From Macrostomum lignano (lineage: Eukaryota), in NCBI GenBank assembly GCA_002269645.1, contig NIVC01001597.1, positions 1 to 64,000 on the forward strand: 64,000 nt of DNA, read 5' to 3'. Of the stretch, positions 59,056 through 64,000 are shown piece by piece (position 1 is the stretch's first letter; the number at the start of each line of letters is the position of its first letter). A program made the translations under genes and the position numbers. Below the pieces are notes generated by a model. The model had not been told where the DNA came from, made no database searches, and saw only the letters and a list, made by a program, of their open reading frames with translations.

Positions 59056-60445
59056 CAAGCCTTGAGCAGGCCGGATTGATATTGTGAAGTTACAAAGACT
59101 CGACTGCTGCATAGAGAGGCTTTGCAGGCCGTATGTTGCCGACCTCTATAAATTTAAGCTGATTTTTATATTGTGTTTTACGCAAGCTACGACTATAATG
59201 CTATAGGGACTGGGATTGCACAAGCAAGGTCACAAGCAGGCTGTTAATTATTATAAAGGACTGAACGCCGAGTCAGCTCACAGCCAGACAGTTTGAAATC
59301 CGTCACTGACGACGACTCGAGCGAACGACGACGTCCTCAGTGAGACAGGCCTCAACGGTTGAAGCGGATCAGCTGCCTGACTGCGCTGAAGAGCGGTGGT
59401 GCAGCCGTGCTACTGGCTCACAATGGCAACTGCGGCTTGACAAGCTGGTGGCAGCGGCTGAAAGCCGGGAGACTGCTGTTCATTCGCCGGATTTCCTGGC
59501 CGGGCAGTGGTGCTGCTCGAGGTTGGCAGCAACCATATCAGCCGTTGCCATGTGATTTTTTACTTTGTTTTTTTTGTTTTTTCACCCTAGCTGCAGTTAG
59601 TAACATCTTTCGGTATTTAAAACTCTTCATATTTTAGCTTTAGGTTGGACTTTTAAGGTAAAATTTGTCAAATTAGCTAGCACTGAGCTAGCACTCTTAA
59701 GCTAGCACTTATTTGTCAAACAAGACGCGACGACTATACCTTTGCTATTTGCTTGCTTGCATATTTTTCATTAAATCTGTGCTTCAAGGATATGATTTAT
59801 TTAACTCTTCTCCATGCTTGAAGAAAAGCTGCATGGAAGCATACCTTGGCGAGTGGACAGGAATTAAACAGGGTCCTGCTAGCCTGGGTCATACCCAAAA
59901 TCAGCAAGTGCTCAAGACTTTCAAGGCCTTGAAAGTGAGTAGGAAATTAAGAGAACAAATAGTTACACGGGAGCAGGGGAGACAAAGTTATCTTTCATAG
60001 GCTACACGGGCGCTCACTTGAGCTAGCGGTCTACAGAAAGCAAATAGGGAGGCAGGACGAGGAGGCAGAGTGCCGGCGCAAGACGAGGAAACGTCGGGCC
60101 ACCTGTAGTGACCTCCCACGGTCGTGTGCCGGTGCAGAGTCTCACGCAGCTGGGCGACCTCTGCAGCTACCAATACCGCCACTATACGTACCCGGCTATG
60201 TAGGGTGCGTGAGCAACAGAAACGTAAATTGAGCTGCAGAAATGGATTAAAAGAATTGATCTGTGATTATTTCATGAGAAGGTTACACAGAGAAGTAGTG
60301 AGTAAGTTGCAGAACGGACTTTTAGACAGAAATTCGGGTGCTTAAAATGTGAGAAGCATTGTAAATTTATATTTAGACTAGGCCTAAAAAGTGAACATTT
60401 AACCATTTTAAAGTGTAGCGTCTTATAGTTCTCATGCGGATCGAC

Positions 60446-62606
60446 TCAAACTGCCGTTAGCAGCGTGCGCTGCTTTCGATTGACTGACATCACATTAACG
60501 GCAGCTGGAAACTTGCCAACAATCGTTGGATTGTTAGAAATATTCTCAGCCCTGGCATCTCCATCTGCAGTCGCTCTTTGACACCTCCTGAGACATTTCG
60601 TCCACCTCAGACGGCCGGGATTCAACAGTCGAGCCGCGTCGTGACGATAATTGGGCACGCAAAGCAGTAGCAGCAGACAGTTGGTCAGCGGCTGCACGGC
60701 CGAGCACAACCGACCAATGAACAGGCGCCACTCGTCGTTCGTTGGGCGGTAGAACTAAAAGCATTATTGCAAGGCGAATTCAAAAAGATGCGAAAATCTA
60801 TGCGAGACAAATATAATTGTCGAATTTGATAAAGAAAAAAGTACTAGCCATTGGAGTGTAAAACTTGAGCGAAATTTCAGCTATCCGGATCTCTCTAATT
60901 CATTTCCTGCGAGTTCTGTGACTTCTGTGGATGTTAGAACCTTTCAGAAACGTGTCACTTATCACAATACTTAAAGTTGAAGTTACATGTACATCCTGCT
61001 ACTGCCATCGCTCCTTGCTTTTGTTAGTCTTCTAATAGATCCATGTATTAAAAAACTCGCGTCAGTGACAAGTAACTTGAACTCTTTGTCAAGCGTCTTT
61101 CTCACCTGCCCCAGATCCCTGGCACCAGATGCCTGCGCAGCCAGGCTGGCAGACAGAAACCTAACGTACATGATGCAGCTGTGCACAGCGCTCGGCGACT
61201 GCAGAGCCGCGTAGGTCAGCGAGCAAGCCAACAGGGACTGGCTGACGCTGCGAAACAGGCGCCTGTCAATGATGTGATAGTCCAGGCTTTTGCTGCAGGT
61301 GTACTGTAAACAACCATCCGAATTCGTATCGACATTACGTCGGCGTCGACCGAAACGGGAACAACGCCACAAGTGTCGATAACCGGAGCTCGCTGCCCAC
61401 AAAACGACAAACAGCGGCGCAAGGTCACCAATAAGTAGGTCGGTGAGTGGCCACAGCCAGGTGGTGAAGAGCTCCGTCACTGGCCAGGTGGCACCCCAGC
61501 CACAGTGATAAACTCTATCGAATTCACCACTAGAGCTTTCTTTAACTAGCGCCAGCGTCCACAGGTGATGACCATTGATTAACACGAGAATTACGCACAT
61601 AAGTATGAGACTGTTCTTCACCCACTCAGCGCTGTATCGCTCAACACAACGCAGTGGTCGCACAACTAACCGTCTAGCATCAACGGCCATGGCGATTTGT
61701 AGCATCGCCTTGAAATGGTACAGAATTGAGTAAAGCATGTTCATCAATTGGCAAGCCGACTCGTCCATCATCATCAGAGACAAGGTCAGCCTCATGTCGA
61801 AGACCGACTGCAGCCATAAGTCTAACTGGCGGTAGTATAAAATGATCGTGTCAACAGCGCTAAGAACAACCAGGTAGAAGCAAACCGGCAGCTGTCTATC
61901 GCAGTAGCCAATGGCCACCCGGGCATTCAGCAGGTTCAACAATGTGCCAACCAGCACAAGTATGAGGGGTAAAGCGCAATTCGCCTGCAAGATGCTTTCG
62001 TCGATGAAGTCACCAGCGCAGATGTCAGCAGCCTGCAGTTGCTGTTCGGCAACTACTGCCCAAGTCGGCGGTTGTGTAGTGGTGGCATTGCCTACCCCTC
62101 GGAGTTGACCGCCAGCTGAAATGGGATTAAATATGAAGATTGTTCGTTTGCAGAAATGATCGGGCACTGTAGCAAATCTATAGGCGACAGTCAATCTACA
62201 CGGACAGTGATGATCGGCAAGCAGTCACGCAAGAGACACACGTGTGCGACCTGAGAATCATTGGTTAATGGACCTAACCAAAGTTATAGCTTGTATACAA
62301 AAGATTGTGCAGAAATGGAATTGTTATAAAAGGAAGTCAAATAAGTACAGTAATTTGATACCTGTGTGTACTCGTAGATAAGAAAAATTCGGGGCATTTT
62401 CGAAAGAAACCTACGGTAGCCTTGTGTAACAATGCCCTTATTTGTACAAACAAAACTATGAGGGCATTACCTGGGTAGTGACGTCTTCTGCTTGCCCTCC
62501 TTTCTAATCTTTCATCTGTCATCCTCGCGCTCTCCATTATATTTTTGGCTAAACCAACTGCAGGCCTTTGCCGACTGTTTACTGACAGACCCGCGGCTGG
62601 ATTCAT
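60446..62606 (-). CDS. Class A (rhodopsin-like) orphan GPCR, invertebrate peptide-receptor-like, 3 exons, ~484 aa
   Basis: Exons 62606-62471 (ends CCA G|GTAAT), 62115-61106 (acceptor ATTTCAG; ends CAG|GTGAG) and 60754-60446 are phase-compatible (1, 0). TM1 LPLILVLVGTLLNLL, TM2 FYLVVLSAVDTIILY, TM3 ACQLMNMLYSILYHFKAMLQIAMAVDARR, TM4, ECL2 Cys, TM5, TM6 and TM7 LFIGRLCSAVQPLTNCLLLLLC are present; the C-terminus is LLTAV. The ORF-track end at 60983 is intron read-through. Confidence 0.82.
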
Positions 62607-64000
62607 ATACTATGAATATTAGTAACCTTTTGCCATTTCAGTCGATGACTGCATGCGCTGTGGCACACATTATGTGAGTGTACGGTAATATTCTCGTGGA
62701 CAACTGCAGTAGAAGGATCCTATAATCTCACAATTTGTGCAAATTTCCTGGATTACGAGCTCATTCATCTATGGTGTAAACTCTGGGGCTGATCTTGCTC
62801 CTCTGCAGCAGTTGCAAATGAGGCTATGCGCCGGCCTTGCTACCATAGACAAAAGCTCCGTCACACTGGCAAATGTATCTTGGATTAAATTCAATGCGCG
62901 TAGGCCCAAATGGCTGCAAAATGCTATGGCTACTAGAGTATCTAGATAAGTAGTCTTAGAAAAATATATGAAAATATGAAAGTATAAATATATTATTGAA
63001 AACCCTGTTTAATTTGATTAACTGGCCTAAACTTCCCGTCGGTTTAAAAACCAGATTTCATTGTTATGCTATCAACATCGGGCAATGAGTTTGTGGCCGA
63101 TGAATACTTTGCCGCGTTCATCAAGTTTTTAGAGAATGGTCCGATGGAATAAGAAGACTTAGAGAAGATGAAGAATTGCCATTCTCCACCGAAGAGCCAG
63201 CGATGTTAGCATAATCTCTTCCTATCTCTTCTCTTCCTAGCAAGACTCGTGTCGGCCCATGGCTCGAGTTTTGTGAACGCTTACATTTCCGGCGCTAATC
63301 GACCTTTTCGTACTTCAAAGTTTCGTAAAACTGCCGATGCGACTCAGGGACTGGGAGAAGGGGCCGAGAGCATTCGGCTAGCTTGGAGTCAAATAATTAG
63401 CTGGAAAAAGTGATAGCTGGCTCCAATCATTTTTACCCATACTTCACACCTAAACAGACATGATTGCTTATTTTGGAATGCGCGAAATTCTAGGTGGTCT
63501 CCAGTGAGATTAACACGATTTGCAACTGTATCAGATAGAGTCCTTCTATCCTCGGTTGTCCATGAGTATAGTTCAGAATATGCAGCTTAATAGTCTCTTG
63601 TCGAAATTCAGAACCAGAACAGAACTTTAGAAAATTTTCCTTTCTCTTTTATAAAAGATAAAAAAACGACTTATGAATTATGAGACTCAGCCCAAACAAA
63701 CAAAACAAAATACTCGTACAAGTATGCAGTTTTAAAATTGTATTAGCAAAGTAGAAAATAAAATAATTGTCTTTAAATAGAAACATACATTACCTCAAGA
63801 CAACTTTACGGGTACATGTAATAACGACATTTTACGACTTCGGTGAAAATCTATCCAGTGGGTTTTCATACAGCTAATTTGAATTTGCCAACGAAATGCA
63901 TGTTTATAGCTGCAGCTTGAAGGCGAGCAGTCCCAAGCAATTTGGTTTTAAAGTTTATTGTCTCTCTTGCACTTTTTTGGCTAATTAATTCACGAAATTA

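Noticed and set aside
59240-60345. TATA-like signal and GC-rich ORF/exon-like stretches (59340-59637, 60001-60210) on the plus strand
   Set aside because: I could not build a consistent start, splice phase and recognisable product. It may be UTR or an unrecognised small gene.
60983-61105. Apparent GPCR C-terminus in the ORF track (VRKTLDKEF...RMYM)
   Set aside because: It follows a consensus donor CAG|GTGAG; a better TM7 and helix 8 lie in the in-phase exon 60754-60446.
1-64000. CRISPR-like repeat-spacer arrays
   Set aside because: All arrays examined are head-to-tail minisatellites without unique spacers; the context is eukaryotic and no cas genes are present.

Overview
Eukaryotic (metazoan) genomic DNA with short GT-AG introns and very many minisatellites. 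The style (GC-rich poly-Q/A exons, minisatellite-filled introns, TTAGGG-type repeats) suggests an invertebrate such as the flatworm Macrostomum, but that assignment is inference. Left to right: (1) the 3' part of a PDXDC1 gene carrying several 1-bp deletions; (2) an internally deleted P-superfamily (THAP) transposon with 71-bp TIRs and an exact 8-bp TSD; (3) two tandem paralogous type-I transmembrane mucins built from alternating PTS-repeat, EGF and SEA modules (three SEA modules in gene A, two in gene B, all retaining the G/S autoproteolysis motif), with a recent 3-kb intragenic duplication in gene A and HEG1/MUC13-like cytoplasmic tails ending in Q-x-F; (4) an AUTS2/fibrosin/tay-like gene on the minus strand whose two conserved motifs are separated by a 9.6-kb intron holding minisatellites, a 520-bp foldback and a telomere-like 39-bp array; (5) a probable decayed RLE non-LTR fragment; (6) a complete 6.64-kb CMC/EnSpm (CACTA-like) transposon with TIRs, a 3-bp TSD, an intact transposase and a second spliced gene; (7) an orphan ORF with a C-terminal TM helix; (8) a 3-exon class A GPCR lacking the DRY arginine and NPxxY. 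All exon models and family assignments were made by hand, from splice consensus, frame continuity and remembered family motifs. No database search was run.
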